DNA of 64,000 nucleotides from a bacterium (GCA_031362565.1 JANLSU010000073.1:86555-150554), one strand, 5' to 3'; positions 20,670-30,811 are shown, counted from the stretch's first letter. A program made the numbers and translations. The notes: generated by a model from the sequence alone, not told the origin.

Positions 20670-21028
20670 CGCCCGTCCTTCCTCGGACGTCGGCGGGTCG
20701 TCGTTCCCTCCCCGCGTCCGCGATTCGCTGCAGAGCTTAGCGGCCCGCCGGGAGGGCGCAAGCGCGGACTCGACTATTCGCTGTCGAGGCCCTCCCCGTG
20801 TCCGAGCGGACACGGTCGGACGGCGTACTGCATGGAGCGTTCCGGGCCCTGTCCTTACGGAGGCCCCACCCCCGGGCGCCGCTTTTCGGCGCAATCCATG
20901 CGTCCCGAGTCGGTTGGGGGTCCCTCCCGGCTACGGGTTGGGAAGGATTCAGAGCCCAGCGCGGGCCCGGCCAAGCCCCGGCGGTCGATGTCGCACGTTC
21001 GTGGTCTGTCAACTCGAGGGAGAGCGCG

Positions 21029-21250
21029 ATGGATCCGGTTTCCGAAGTGGACGCACTGTTGCGCGGCCACACGCTCGATGCACGTGAACGTCTCGACGAT
21101 GCGGTGCAAGGGACGCGCGAGAGGATCGAGGCCCACATCGAAGCCCATCCGATGCGCACGATTTTGCTGGCGGTTGGCGCCGGCCTGTTGCTGGGATTGC
21201 TGTGGGGAGCGGCGCGTCATCGCCGTTCGGACGGTGATTCAAAGCCCTGA
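21029..21250 (+). CDS. Small tail-anchored membrane protein, ElaB/YqjD/DUF883-like
   Basis: C-terminal 'IEAHPMRTILLAVGAGLLLGLLW' pattern; GAGGGAG SD. Confidence 0.7.
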   Translation: MDPVSEVDALLRGHTLDARERLDDAVQGTRERIEAHIEAHPMRTILLAVGAGLLLGLLWGAARHRRSDGDSKP

Positions 21251-21298
21251 CGCCTTTGGGGGTTCGCTGACACCGATGCAGCCACTTTGCGCGGATCC

Positions 21299-21730
21299 TC
21301 AGCGCGGCGGATGATGCGGCTCGGAAGGAGCCGGCTCAGGCGGCATGGGGGGCAAAGGCGGCGCGGCGTCTTCCGGCGGCGTTGGCACGGCGAGGCGATA
21401 GAGCAGCACGCCTTGCCGGCCGAGATCGAACCCATACACGAACAGCCGTGTTGCGTCGGCGTCGGGCGTGAATCGGTACACCGCGGTCTCGCGCCACGCC
21501 GAATCGCTTCGCGCCGGGGGATCAAAACGCACCGCAAGCGTGTCGCCGTGAATTTCGTAGTCGGCGCCTCGTCCATCGATCCGCACTCGGCCGTCCTCAC
21601 CCATCGACCAGGTCACCGCGAGGCCGTTGCGCGTTCCCACCCACTCGCCATCGAGCTTGGCCCGCGTGCCGGTGCCCCAAGCCGCCGTCGCGGTGAGCGC
21701 CGAGCACAAAAGCAGCATCCAGGAACGCAT
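21299..21730 (-). CDS. Hypothetical exported protein with a Pro-rich tail
   Basis: Signal peptide MRSWMLLLCSALTATAAWG; LDGEW beta-rich body; GGAAGGA SD. Confidence 0.6.
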   Translation of the reverse strand: MRSWMLLLCSALTATAAWGTGTRAKLDGEWVGTRNGLAVTWSMGEDGRVRIDGRGADYEIHGDTLAVRFDPPARSDSAWRETAVYRFTPDADATRLFVYGFDLGRQGVLLYRLAVPTPPEDAAPPLPPMPPEPAPSEPHHPPR

Positions 21731-21841
21731 CGCGTCCTTCCTTCCAACGGGCGTCTTGGTACGATCCTCGGCATTGGGGGATGGGCGAGGAATCTGGGAA
21801 CCGAAGGGAATGATGCGAGACGGCCGGGGAGCCGTCAAGTG

Positions 21842-23989
21842 TCAGACCTCGGACGCCCCACGGTCTGGGGTTGCATAAGCCGTGCTTTGCGCCACCAGTG
21901 GCGCGCTACGGGTGCGCCGCCACGCATAGAGCGCGACCGCGGTCGCGGTGGCGGCATTCAGCGACTCATTGCCGGGCAGCATCGGAATCCTCAGGGCCGT
22001 GGGGCGCCAAGTGTCCGGCAATCCCGGCCCCTCGAGTCCGACCAAGAGCCCGAATTGGTCCGGGAATGCGACGCTCCCTACATCCTGTCCGCCCGGCGAA
22101 AGCGCCAGGACCGGCGCATTTTGCGGCGCGAAATCCGCCAGCGCCGGACCGCGTTGCAATTCGACACGCAAGAGCGCGCTGCCCGCAGCACGGGCGCTGC
22201 GCGGGTGAAATGGATTGGCGGCTTCCTGCAACAACACGACGCGCGTGACGCCAAAGGCGGCGGCCGAGCGGATCACGGCGCCGACGTTTTCGGGATCCTG
22301 AAAGGGCACGAAGAGCGTGCAGCCGTCCACCCAGTCGGTGTCCTGCCACGGCGCGAGGGCCGGCGCGTCGATGAGCAAGAGCGGTGCACCGGTGCCGATC
22401 GTATCGAGCTCTTGAAAGAGCGGCGGCGCCAGGCGATACCACGCGAGCCCGAGCGGCGCACCGGCGGGCGGCGGCGGATTCGACCCCGGTGTGATCCAGG
22501 CCTGAGCCCGCTCCGGGTACGCAGCGACGATTTCGAGAATGGCGCGGGCTCCCGAGACGAGCGCGCAGCCATGCTTGCGAATGCCGCGGCCTTCGAGAGC
22601 CGCACGTAGCGTTTTGTAGGTCGGATTCGTGGCGCTCAGAATGTCGCGTGTCTCGCGCCCATCCGTTGACGGAACGAGTTCCGCGCCTTCGTCGACGGGT
22701 ACGGCGCCGGTGCCGGTATCGACGTGCACCGGGGCTGCAGTCCGCTCGAAGACAACGAGGCGGCGGGCATGCGGTGTCTCGGCAATGGTGTACGGTACGT
22801 CGCGCACGACGCGAAAGGCGTGGGCCCATTCCTTGCGGGCGGTGTCGAGTTCCGGTTCGACGCCGGGCCCTTTCATGAACAGAATCCGGCTCCCGGGTTC
22901 GAGCCACCCTTCGACGCGCGCCAATGTCGCCGCAATCGTTTCGACGGCGCGCGTGATGACCCCACGCACCGGATATTCGAAACGTGCCCCGACGCTTTGC
23001 GCCACGACTTCGATGTCCTGAAGTCCCAGTTCGCGGATGGCCTCGCGCAGGAACTCGACGCGCTTCGCACGCGGCTCGCCCAACACGATCTGCACATCCG
23101 GCCGCACGATCTTGAGCGGAATCCCCGGGAATCCGGCGCCGCTTCCCAAGTCCAAAAGCGGCGACGGCAAATCGACGAGGGTCGCGACCAGCGCGCAGTC
23201 GACGTAGTGCTTGAGGACGATGGTGTCGAACGAATGCAGCCGCGTCAGATCGAGTTCATCATTGCGCAGCCGCAAGAGCTGGTGGAACGCCCAGAATTGC
23301 TGGACTTGGAGCGGTGACAATCGGAGCCCGCTGCGCGCGAACAGGACGCGCAAACGTTCCGGTCCGGGCGGGCCCTCACTGGGGGCCGCCGCTGGCGCTG
23401 GGCGCGCCGGCCGCGCGGGTCGCACTGGCCGCGCCGGCCGCACCGGCCGCTGTACTGCAACATTCGATTCGCTTGGGAACGCGGCGCGCGCCGGCCGAAA
23501 GGCCGGCCGCTCCGATGATGGGAGATGCGCGTCCCTGCCACGCAGCGGCCGCGAATCGCCGCGTTGTGATCGCGGTGCCGCCGGGTCGTTGCCGCGCCTC
23601 GGCCGCGCCCCGGGAGGCTGTGATCGCGGTGCCGGCCCGTTTCTATCGCGCCCAGGCCGCGAATCAGGCCGCTGGGAACGGGATGACGGCGCGCCCTTGC
23701 CGCGCGTGGGCCGCGAATCGGGCCGCCGGGAACGGGATGGCGGCGCGTCTTTGTCGCGCATGGGTCGCGAATCGGGCCGCTGGGAACGGGATGGCGGTGC
23801 ATCTTTGTCGCGCGTCGGCCGCGAATCAGGCCGCCGCGATCGCGGTGCGGGCCCGCGCTTCCCATCCGTGGGGCGGCTGTCGGGATGACGGGAGCGCGCT
23901 GGTGCACCGGTCGGAGCGCCTCGCCGGTCACGCGGCGCGGAATGTCGCGCTGGTGTGGACGGACGATTCGCTGGTGGACGGCGTGCCAT
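21842..23989 (-). CDS. rsmG: Fusion of 16S rRNA m7G527 methyltransferase RsmG with a SpoU/TrmH-family RNA methyltransferase, plus an N-terminal Arg/Pro repeat region
   Basis: RsmG motifs HYVDC, LDLGSGAGFPGIPL and ITRAV; SpoU motifs QDPENVGAVIRSAAAFG, GLEGPGL and ESLNAATATAVALY. Confidence 0.85.
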   Translation of the reverse strand: MARRPPANRPSTPARHSAPRDRRGAPTGAPARSRHPDSRPTDGKRGPAPRSRRPDSRPTRDKDAPPSRSQRPDSRPMRDKDAPPSRSRRPDSRPTRGKGAPSSRSQRPDSRPGRDRNGPAPRSQPPGARPRRGNDPAAPRSQRGDSRPLRGRDAHLPSSERPAFRPARAAFPSESNVAVQRPVRPARPVRPARPARPAPAAAPSEGPPGPERLRVLFARSGLRLSPLQVQQFWAFHQLLRLRNDELDLTRLHSFDTIVLKHYVDCALVATLVDLPSPLLDLGSGAGFPGIPLKIVRPDVQIVLGEPRAKRVEFLREAIRELGLQDIEVVAQSVGARFEYPVRGVITRAVETIAATLARVEGWLEPGSRILFMKGPGVEPELDTARKEWAHAFRVVRDVPYTIAETPHARRLVVFERTAAPVHVDTGTGAVPVDEGAELVPSTDGRETRDILSATNPTYKTLRAALEGRGIRKHGCALVSGARAILEIVAAYPERAQAWITPGSNPPPPAGAPLGLAWYRLAPPLFQELDTIGTGAPLLLIDAPALAPWQDTDWVDGCTLFVPFQDPENVGAVIRSAAAFGVTRVVLLQEAANPFHPRSARAAGSALLRVELQRGPALADFAPQNAPVLALSPGGQDVGSVAFPDQFGLLVGLEGPGLPDTWRPTALRIPMLPGNESLNAATATAVALYAWRRTRSAPLVAQSTAYATPDRGASEV
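23507..23884 (-). repeat. About 7 in-frame 54-bp (18-aa) tandem repeats, consensus PDSRPxRxKxAPxSRSQR
   Basis: GCGAATC recurs at about 23551, 23659, 23713, 23767 and 23821 (multiples of 54 bp). Confidence 0.9.
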
Positions 23990-24100
23990 GGGACTCCCTT
24001 CCCAGGCACTGTACCAGGCATCGTACCGGCGCGTCCGGTGGTCGTCCGGGCCAAAGATTCACGCGGCCCTGTGCGGAGATGGGAGCTGCTTCGGCCAAGG

Positions 24101-27043
24101 TCACTTGAGCAATTGCATCTTGCGCACGATCGATCCGGCGCCTTCGACCGCGAAGCGGTAGAAATAGGTGCCGCTGGGCTGCAGATGGCCGGCGTCGTCG
24201 CGGCCGTCCCAGGTCGTACGATGCGCACCCACGGCGCGTGTTTCGTGCAACAGGGTGCGCACGAGATGGCCGTCGACGGCGTAGATCTTCAAGTCGATCG
24301 CTGCCGATCGCGGCAAGTCGAAGGCGATCGCGGTCGTAGGATTGAATGGATTGGGCGCATTTTGGGCCAGCCGCACGAGTTTCGGTGCTGCCGCCACGGG
24401 GTCGTCTCCCGGGCCGGTATCGGTTGGCATGCCGTTGTACATCACTTGGGCGGCGCCGGCGTGGGTTTGCAGATCCGCCAAACTGGTGCCGCCCAGGAAA
24501 GCAAAAGCCACGATCGCCGACGCCCCGGGTGCAAGATTGAGCGGCCCGGTCCCGAGGCCGACCGAGATATCCCCGGGGCCAATGACGACATGCGATTGGC
24601 CCGCGGTCGCGATCGTCTGAAACTTCTCGGCGTCGGTGTAGCCGTCGTACACACCCCAGTCCGACGCCTGGATGGGGTCGTTCCAAATGCCGCGCGCCGC
24701 CGTCGTGCCGAGCGCCGATAGGGTCATGATTCCGACGTAGTCCTTCGGCCCGTTGGCGCTCGTGTCGAACGCGTACATCATCCCGTGGGCGGCGTCATAT
24801 CCGGTCTTGTTCGACCCGGAGCTGCCGCTGTCGATGTCCCAGTCACAGTACCAGCCCGCGTACAAGCCGTTGAGCGGCGTGCCGCTGTCGTTGCGGATCT
24901 TGTACCGCAGCACCAAGAAGTCCTGGTTGGCCGGGGCGGTCGACTCGATGCTCATCTGCTGAATGGTGAGTCCGAGCGGCACGTCGGAAATGGCGTCGTT
25001 GAAGGACGCGAACCCGACCTCCGCGTACGGTGGCGCCGGCTCGGTGACCATGGGAACGCCGTTCGGCAACGTCAAGAAATCGTCGTCTTGCGCCGTGCCG
25101 CCCACCCGGCAGGCATTCGAAATCGCCGCCGGGCTGTTGCCGATCATCAGGCCGCCCTCGAACAAGTAGCTGGCGGAACCCTTGTAACTGAATCCGATGC
25201 CGTCCTTGCCGGTGCCGCCTGCTGCCAGCGCATAGCCTAGTTTGCCGACGCTCGTCACACTGCAGTCGACGTGGTTGGCGTCGTGGGTCGCGAACACCGG
25301 CAACACGGTGAGTTCGAAGCGGCTCACGTCGGAGTAGGCCGGCGCGCCGGCGCTGATGGCCACCGTGAACAGCACGGTGTGTTGAATCGGGCTCGACGGC
25401 GACACCGTGAAGGTGAGTGGTGCCAGCGTCGCGGTCTGCATCGAATCGATGCCTGCAACCGCCACCGAGCTGTCCACCTCGGTGATGTTGACGGAATTGT
25501 CGCGCAGCTTGAAATTAACGTTGGAGCACGCGGCCAGCCAGTTGGTGACCTGCAGGTTGAGCGTCACCGTCTCGCCCGGCTCGATGATGGCGTCACCGTC
25601 GCTGGTCGTGAAGGACTTGCCGACGACCGAGATCGCTGGGGTCGCCTTGGTGAGGGCACGCGCCGCATTGATGCGCCCGTAGCCGAGCTTGCCGCGCACC
25701 GCGACCGCGTTGAGCGCGTCGATGTTGTCGGCCGTGACCCGCACGCGCTGCATGACTTGCTCGGGCGAATAGCCCGGGAACCGCGTCTTGACCAGGGCGC
25801 AAAGGCCGGCGGCCTGCGGACTCGCCATCGAAGTGCCGGTCAGCACGCCGTAGCCGTTGGCCGGCGAATTGAAGGTGCTCAGGATGTTGGTGCCGAGTGC
25901 AGCGACGTCCACCCAGATGCCATACGTCGAGCTCGAGTTGCGAACATCGTTGTTTTGGACGTTACAAACCGCCAGCACGTGATCGTAGCCCGAAGGCAAA
26001 TGCAGGACTTCGGTGCTGGTATTGCCGGCGGCGCAGACGACGGCCGTCCCATGCTGGTATGCATAGGTGATGACATCTTGTTCGAAAGCCGAAGGGCTGC
26101 CGGCGCCGCCCCAACTGCAGTTGACCACGTCCGCATGATTGTCGGCGGCGTAGATGATGCCGTCGTAGCCGAACGCGATCGCCAGGTCGGTGGTGGGCGA
26201 CGAGGTACAGATCGGCATGAACTTGGCGTTGTATGAGGCGCCGGCCACGCCAACGACATTGTTGGTGGCGGCACAAGCGATGCCGGCGACGTGCGTCCCG
26301 TGATTGGCGCTCGACGGTGTCGCCGGCAGCCCGGTTGGATCGTTGGTGCCGTTGGCGAAGTTCCAGCCGTGCACGTCGTCGACGAACCCGTTGTGATCGT
26401 CGTCGATGCCGTTGGCGGCGATTTCGCCGGGATTCGTCCATACGTTGGCGTGCAAATCAGCGTGGTCCCAGTCGGTGCCGCCGTCGCAGATCGCCACCAC
26501 GACGTTGCCGGTACCGCCGGTTGTCACGCCCCAGCCGTTCGGGAAGTTCATCTTGGCCATGTACTGCGCTTGGCTCACCGCATAGTTCGGATCGTTGGGT
26601 ACGAGATCGAGCCCGTAGACGAAGAGCGGCTCGGCATACTCGACCTCGGGGTGGGCGGCGAATTCGCGCGCCACATCGAGCGCATCGGCACCATCGGCGT
26701 AGCGCACTTCGTACACCCGGCCGAGGTCGACGAGCCCCGGCTTCGATGGCCGTGGTGTTTGCTTCGAGACCGGATCGATTGCAACCACGGCATGCTGGTG
26801 CAAAATGGCGTCGATCGCCGGGGTGCCGCTCGATTTGGCGGCGCCTTGCGCCGGTAGGGCAGCGCGAAACTTCACGACAACACGGCCGGCGGAATAGGCC
26901 GCATGGTCGCCGGCCTGCAACACGGGATTGTCGAGCCCAGGAGCGCGTCCGTACTTGGATGCGGCGCCCAGGGCCGATCCGGCGGTGAGTGCCAGCGTAG
27001 TGCCTGCCAGCATGGTGACGGCATAGCTTCGAGCGGACAACAT
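24101..27043 (-). CDS. Secreted S8 (subtilase) serine peptidase with a C-terminal FlgD-Ig/T9SS-like domain, paralog 1
   Basis: Triad ICDGG, HGTHVAG and GTSMASP; NGIDDDHNGFVDD Ca loop; QNAPNPFNP...WDGRD...SGTYF tail. Confidence 0.92.
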   Translation of the reverse strand: MLSARSYAVTMLAGTTLALTAGSALGAASKYGRAPGLDNPVLQAGDHAAYSAGRVVVKFRAALPAQGAAKSSGTPAIDAILHQHAVVAIDPVSKQTPRPSKPGLVDLGRVYEVRYADGADALDVAREFAAHPEVEYAEPLFVYGLDLVPNDPNYAVSQAQYMAKMNFPNGWGVTTGGTGNVVVAICDGGTDWDHADLHANVWTNPGEIAANGIDDDHNGFVDDVHGWNFANGTNDPTGLPATPSSANHGTHVAGIACAATNNVVGVAGASYNAKFMPICTSSPTTDLAIAFGYDGIIYAADNHADVVNCSWGGAGSPSAFEQDVITYAYQHGTAVVCAAGNTSTEVLHLPSGYDHVLAVCNVQNNDVRNSSSTYGIWVDVAALGTNILSTFNSPANGYGVLTGTSMASPQAAGLCALVKTRFPGYSPEQVMQRVRVTADNIDALNAVAVRGKLGYGRINAARALTKATPAISVVGKSFTTSDGDAIIEPGETVTLNLQVTNWLAACSNVNFKLRDNSVNITEVDSSVAVAGIDSMQTATLAPLTFTVSPSSPIQHTVLFTVAISAGAPAYSDVSRFELTVLPVFATHDANHVDCSVTSVGKLGYALAAGGTGKDGIGFSYKGSASYLFEGGLMIGNSPAAISNACRVGGTAQDDDFLTLPNGVPMVTEPAPPYAEVGFASFNDAISDVPLGLTIQQMSIESTAPANQDFLVLRYKIRNDSGTPLNGLYAGWYCDWDIDSGSSGSNKTGYDAAHGMMYAFDTSANGPKDYVGIMTLSALGTTAARGIWNDPIQASDWGVYDGYTDAEKFQTIATAGQSHVVIGPGDISVGLGTGPLNLAPGASAIVAFAFLGGTSLADLQTHAGAAQVMYNGMPTDTGPGDDPVAAAPKLVRLAQNAPNPFNPTTAIAFDLPRSAAIDLKIYAVDGHLVRTLLHETRAVGAHRTTWDGRDDAGHLQPSGTYFYRFAVEGAGSIVRKMQLLK

Positions 27044-27321
27044 CGGCGTCTCCCTGAGCAGATCGAGTCGCGGCGAGGTGCGAAAATGCGGCTGAACGGG
27101 GTGGGCGCGAACCCGGGCGGCCTCCGGAAGGAGAGATGTGGGCCGCGGGTGTCGCTCTACGAACGACGCTCCATGATTGTACCGTTGTTTGGAGGCATGC
27201 AGCAAGTCGAGATGCACGTTCGCGGGCATCGCTGGTTTTGAAATCGATCGCGTCGGTTGCGAGTGTGGGCGCAGACGATCTGCATGTCGCGGGTGTTGGC
27301 ATCGGCGGGCGCGAAATGGGA

Positions 27322-27363
27322 CGCGCGGCCGCGGGGTGGCTGCCGGTGCCCCGCGGTCGCGCG
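27322..27363 (-). terminator. GC-rich hairpin downstream of S8 paralog 2
   Basis: CGCGCGGCCGCGGGG ... CCCCGCGGTCGCGCG inverted repeat immediately after the stop at 27380. Confidence 0.45.
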
Positions 27364-27379
27364 CCGTTCCCTGCGCCGG

Positions 27380-30300
27380 TTACTTGAGGAGCGTCAGGCG
27401 GCGCGTCAGGCTCGTTCCACCGGCGCGCAAACGCGCCATGTATGCGCCGCTCGCCACCCGGCGGCCGCCGTCGTCACGCCCATCCCAGGTCACGTGCTGG
27501 ATGCCCGGCTCGACATGCGGTTTGTTCCAAAGCACGCGCACCCGCTGGCCGCGAGCATCGTAGATCTCGAGATTCGCCGCTCCCGCTGTCGCCAGCCCGA
27601 AGGTGAGCGTCGTCGTCGGGTTGAACGGATTCGGCGCCGCGGGCGCCAAGAACGTCCGCGCCGGTGCATTGTTGTTCTGCACCTCGATGCGCACCCCGGC
27701 GTGCAACACCAGCCCGCCGTTCGCGAGAACTTCGGCGACGCGATAGACACTCGTGCCGGGCTCGGGCGTCGCATCGCGGAACTCGTACGTGTGATCGGAC
27801 CTGCGCTCGACATCCGGGCCAAGAGATTCGAACCCGCCGCCGTTCGCGCTGCGCTGAATGCGGAACACCACGACATCCGTTTCGGGCCCGGTTCGCCAGT
27901 GCAGCACCACGGCGCCGTTGTCGTTGCTGGCGCTCAGTTCTTGGATCTCCACCGGCACGCCGCTCTCCAAGTGCGTCCACTTGATTGCCGCGGCATCGGC
28001 ATGGCTCTGCAGGGCGGCGAGATTGTCGCCGCCCAGAAACGCGAAGCCGACCTCGATGGAGTCGCCGGGCGCGATGTTGAACGGCCCGGTGGCGATGGCG
28101 ATGGAGATGTCGGTCGGGCCGGCGACCGGATGCACCACACCGGCCGCGAGGCACGCCCACTTTTCGTCGTCTGCGAAACCGTCGTACACGCCCCAGTCCG
28201 GAGACAGGCCCGCATCGTTCCAAATGCCGCGATACGAAGTCGCGCCCAGCGCGCTGACAACCTGGACACCGACGTACTCCGTGGGGCCGCTGGCGCTGGT
28301 GTCGTAGACGTAGCCCAGGTTGCGGGCGGCATCGAAGCCGGTCTTGTTCGAGTCGAACGTCGAACCGTCGAGATCCCAGTCGCAGAACCAACCGACCCGC
28401 ACACCGGTCAGGGTCGTACCGCCGGCGTTGCGAATGGCGAGGTGGAGCAATACATAGTCACCGTGAATCGGCCCCGGAAACGCGTACGACGTTTGATGCA
28501 CGACCACCGGCAGCTTCGACTCCGCGATGCTGTCGTTGAACACGGCGACAATCGCTTGGCTGCCCGCCGGACCCGAGAGCAGCGCCTTGGGCACGCCGCC
28601 GGGGCGGGTCGCGAAATCGTCGTCGGTGTCCGGTGGGTTATTGCCGCGTGCCGCATCCGAGATCTTCGAGGGTCCGATGCCGATCATGAGCGAGCCTTCG
28701 TAGATGAGGTTCTCGCTGCCCTTATACCTGAACCCGACGCCGTCGCTGCCGGTGCCGCCCGACGCTGCACTGAAGCCGATCTTGCCGACGCTCGTTACAC
28801 TTGCCTTGACGTTGTTCAGATCGTGCGTCGCGAACGTCGGCAGGACCGTGAAATTGAACCGGTCTTTGTCGACATACGCCGGCCCGGCGGTCGAAATTGC
28901 CAGGATGCAACTCACCAGTTGCTGGATCGGCGCATTGGCGGCGATGGTCAAGTGCAACGGCGGCAGCTGCACGGACTGCAGCGAGTCGAGCGATCCCAGC
29001 GTCACGATGCTGTCGACAGGTGACGCGTACGCGGAAGTTTCCCGCAACTTGAACGTCAACCCGGTGCACGCCGCCAGGTAATTGGTGACCTGGATATCGA
29101 CACGTACGTCTTCACCCGGCTCGACGGCTCCGTCGCCGTCCTGGTCGGTGAGTTGCAGCGCCGAAATCCGTATGGCCGGAGTGTTCTTGGTGAGCGCAAT
29201 CAAGGCGTTCACCCGTCCGTAGCCCAGGAGACCGGCACGGGCCGGATTCGCCGCGTCGATGTTGTCGCAGGTGACTCGGACCCGTTCCATGACCTGGTCC
29301 GGTGTGTAGCCCGGCCACCGCGTCTTGATGAGCGCGCAGATGCCGGCGACTTGCGGGCTCGACATCGACGTACCGGTCAAATACCCCGTCAATGAGCCAC
29401 TCGAGGCGGGAGTCGTGCTGAAAATCGTCTGACCCTGTGCCGACACGTCGACGCTCGGGCCGTAATTCGACAGTGAATTCTTGACGTCGTTGTTGGCGAC
29501 GTTCGCGACCGACAGGACATGGTTGTATGCCGACGGATAGTGCGCCAGCGGCGAATTGTTGTTGCCGGAGGCCGCGATCACCGCGGTGCCGTGCTCCCAG
29601 GCATAGGTGACGACATCCTGCTCGAACGCGCTGGGGGTCGACAGGGCGCCCCAACTGCAGTTCACGATGTCGGCACCGTTGTCTGCCGCATAGAGGATTC
29701 CCGCGTATCCGTAGGCGACCGTGCCGTCGGTGGTCGCCGAACTCGTACAGATCGGCATCAACTTGGCGTTCCAGCTCGTGCCGCACACGAGCGTGGCATT
29801 ATTGGTGACCGCGCAGCAAATACCGGCCGTGTGCGTGCCGTGGATCCCATTGTCATGCAAGACACCGGTCGGATCGTTGGTTTCGTTGGAGAAGTTCCAG
29901 CCATGCACGTCGTCGATGAAGCCGTTGCCGTCGTCGTCAATGCCGTTGGCGGCGATCTCGCCGGGATTGGTCCAGATGTTGGCCAACAGGTCCGGATGGC
30001 GCCAGTCGGTGCCGCCGTCCGAAAGCCCGATGACGACGCTGCCTTGTTCGCCCTTGGTGAGGTTCCAGGCCGCCGGTAAGTTCATCCGCAGCAAGTACCC
30101 GGTCTGCGAAATGAAGTTGGGGTCGTTGGGATTGACGCAGGTCGGGTACATCCACTGCGGTTCGGCGTATTCGACCTCCGGCTGGCGCGCGAGTGCCGCA
30201 GCCACCGCCTCGGGCGGGGCGCCGTCGGCGTAGCGCGCGATGACCACATTCGACAGGTCGGTGTGGCCCACCTTGCGCGGCTTCTGCCGCACGGGCAGCA

Positions 30301-30541
30301 CCGGAGCCACCTCGAGGACCCCGTGACGGGCGAGAATCGCGTCGATCGTCGCCACCCCGGTGGCTTTGCCGGCACCGTCGGCGCTCGCCGTGCGAAGCTT
30401 GACGATGACCCGCCCGGGAAACGCCGTGCGCTCGCGGAGTGGGTTGGCGGTCGAAGGGTTCGGAATTTGGGCGGCTACGGCAGGCAGGACGCCCGCTGCG
30501 AGTGCGAGCAGTGCGATGAGCGTGCGGGTCGTTGGGTTCAC
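27380..30541 (-). CDS. Secreted S8 serine peptidase with a C-terminal FlgD-Ig/T9SS-like domain, paralog 2
   Basis: Signal peptide; LSDGG, HGTHTAG and GTSMSSP; VPVEI...L.W.T Ig linker; APNPFNP...WDGRD...SGAY tail. Confidence 0.92.
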   Translation of the reverse strand: MNPTTRTLIALLALAAGVLPAVAAQIPNPSTANPLRERTAFPGRVIVKLRTASADGAGKATGVATIDAILARHGVLEVAPVLPVRQKPRKVGHTDLSNVVIARYADGAPPEAVAAALARQPEVEYAEPQWMYPTCVNPNDPNFISQTGYLLRMNLPAAWNLTKGEQGSVVIGLSDGGTDWRHPDLLANIWTNPGEIAANGIDDDGNGFIDDVHGWNFSNETNDPTGVLHDNGIHGTHTAGICCAVTNNATLVCGTSWNAKLMPICTSSATTDGTVAYGYAGILYAADNGADIVNCSWGALSTPSAFEQDVVTYAWEHGTAVIAASGNNNSPLAHYPSAYNHVLSVANVANNDVKNSLSNYGPSVDVSAQGQTIFSTTPASSGSLTGYLTGTSMSSPQVAGICALIKTRWPGYTPDQVMERVRVTCDNIDAANPARAGLLGYGRVNALIALTKNTPAIRISALQLTDQDGDGAVEPGEDVRVDIQVTNYLAACTGLTFKLRETSAYASPVDSIVTLGSLDSLQSVQLPPLHLTIAANAPIQQLVSCILAISTAGPAYVDKDRFNFTVLPTFATHDLNNVKASVTSVGKIGFSAASGGTGSDGVGFRYKGSENLIYEGSLMIGIGPSKISDAARGNNPPDTDDDFATRPGGVPKALLSGPAGSQAIVAVFNDSIAESKLPVVVHQTSYAFPGPIHGDYVLLHLAIRNAGGTTLTGVRVGWFCDWDLDGSTFDSNKTGFDAARNLGYVYDTSASGPTEYVGVQVVSALGATSYRGIWNDAGLSPDWGVYDGFADDEKWACLAAGVVHPVAGPTDISIAIATGPFNIAPGDSIEVGFAFLGGDNLAALQSHADAAAIKWTHLESGVPVEIQELSASNDNGAVVLHWRTGPETDVVVFRIQRSANGGGFESLGPDVERRSDHTYEFRDATPEPGTSVYRVAEVLANGGLVLHAGVRIEVQNNNAPARTFLAPAAPNPFNPTTTLTFGLATAGAANLEIYDARGQRVRVLWNKPHVEPGIQHVTWDGRDDGGRRVASGAYMARLRAGGTSLTRRLTLLK

Positions 30542-30811
30542 GGAGCGTCTCCGGGGAAAGGGACCGACAGATCAATATGGTATGCGTTGGGTCGGTGGCT
30601 CGCAAGTCGGGTCATTTCGCGCACACGGAATGGGATTTGGGTGCAGGCGACCGAATTCGGCCCTAGGCTGGCGCATTCTTTACGAAACAGCCACGGAGAT
30701 CCTTGATCCCGGCACCAAGTTGGACGCATACTGGGCGAGCTTCCCCAGCGTGCCATAGTTCAGGGCCTCGTCGTTCGCCCCCGCGCGATGCCCAATCCGT
30801 TGGAGTCCCCG

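Noticed and set aside
23507..23884. Possible CRISPR array
   Set aside because: The repeats are contiguous, in frame and degenerate, with no unique spacers and no cas genes.
30669..30684. Sigma54 promoter-like TGGCGCATTCTTTAC
   Set aside because: The -12 element reads AC rather than the near-invariant GC.
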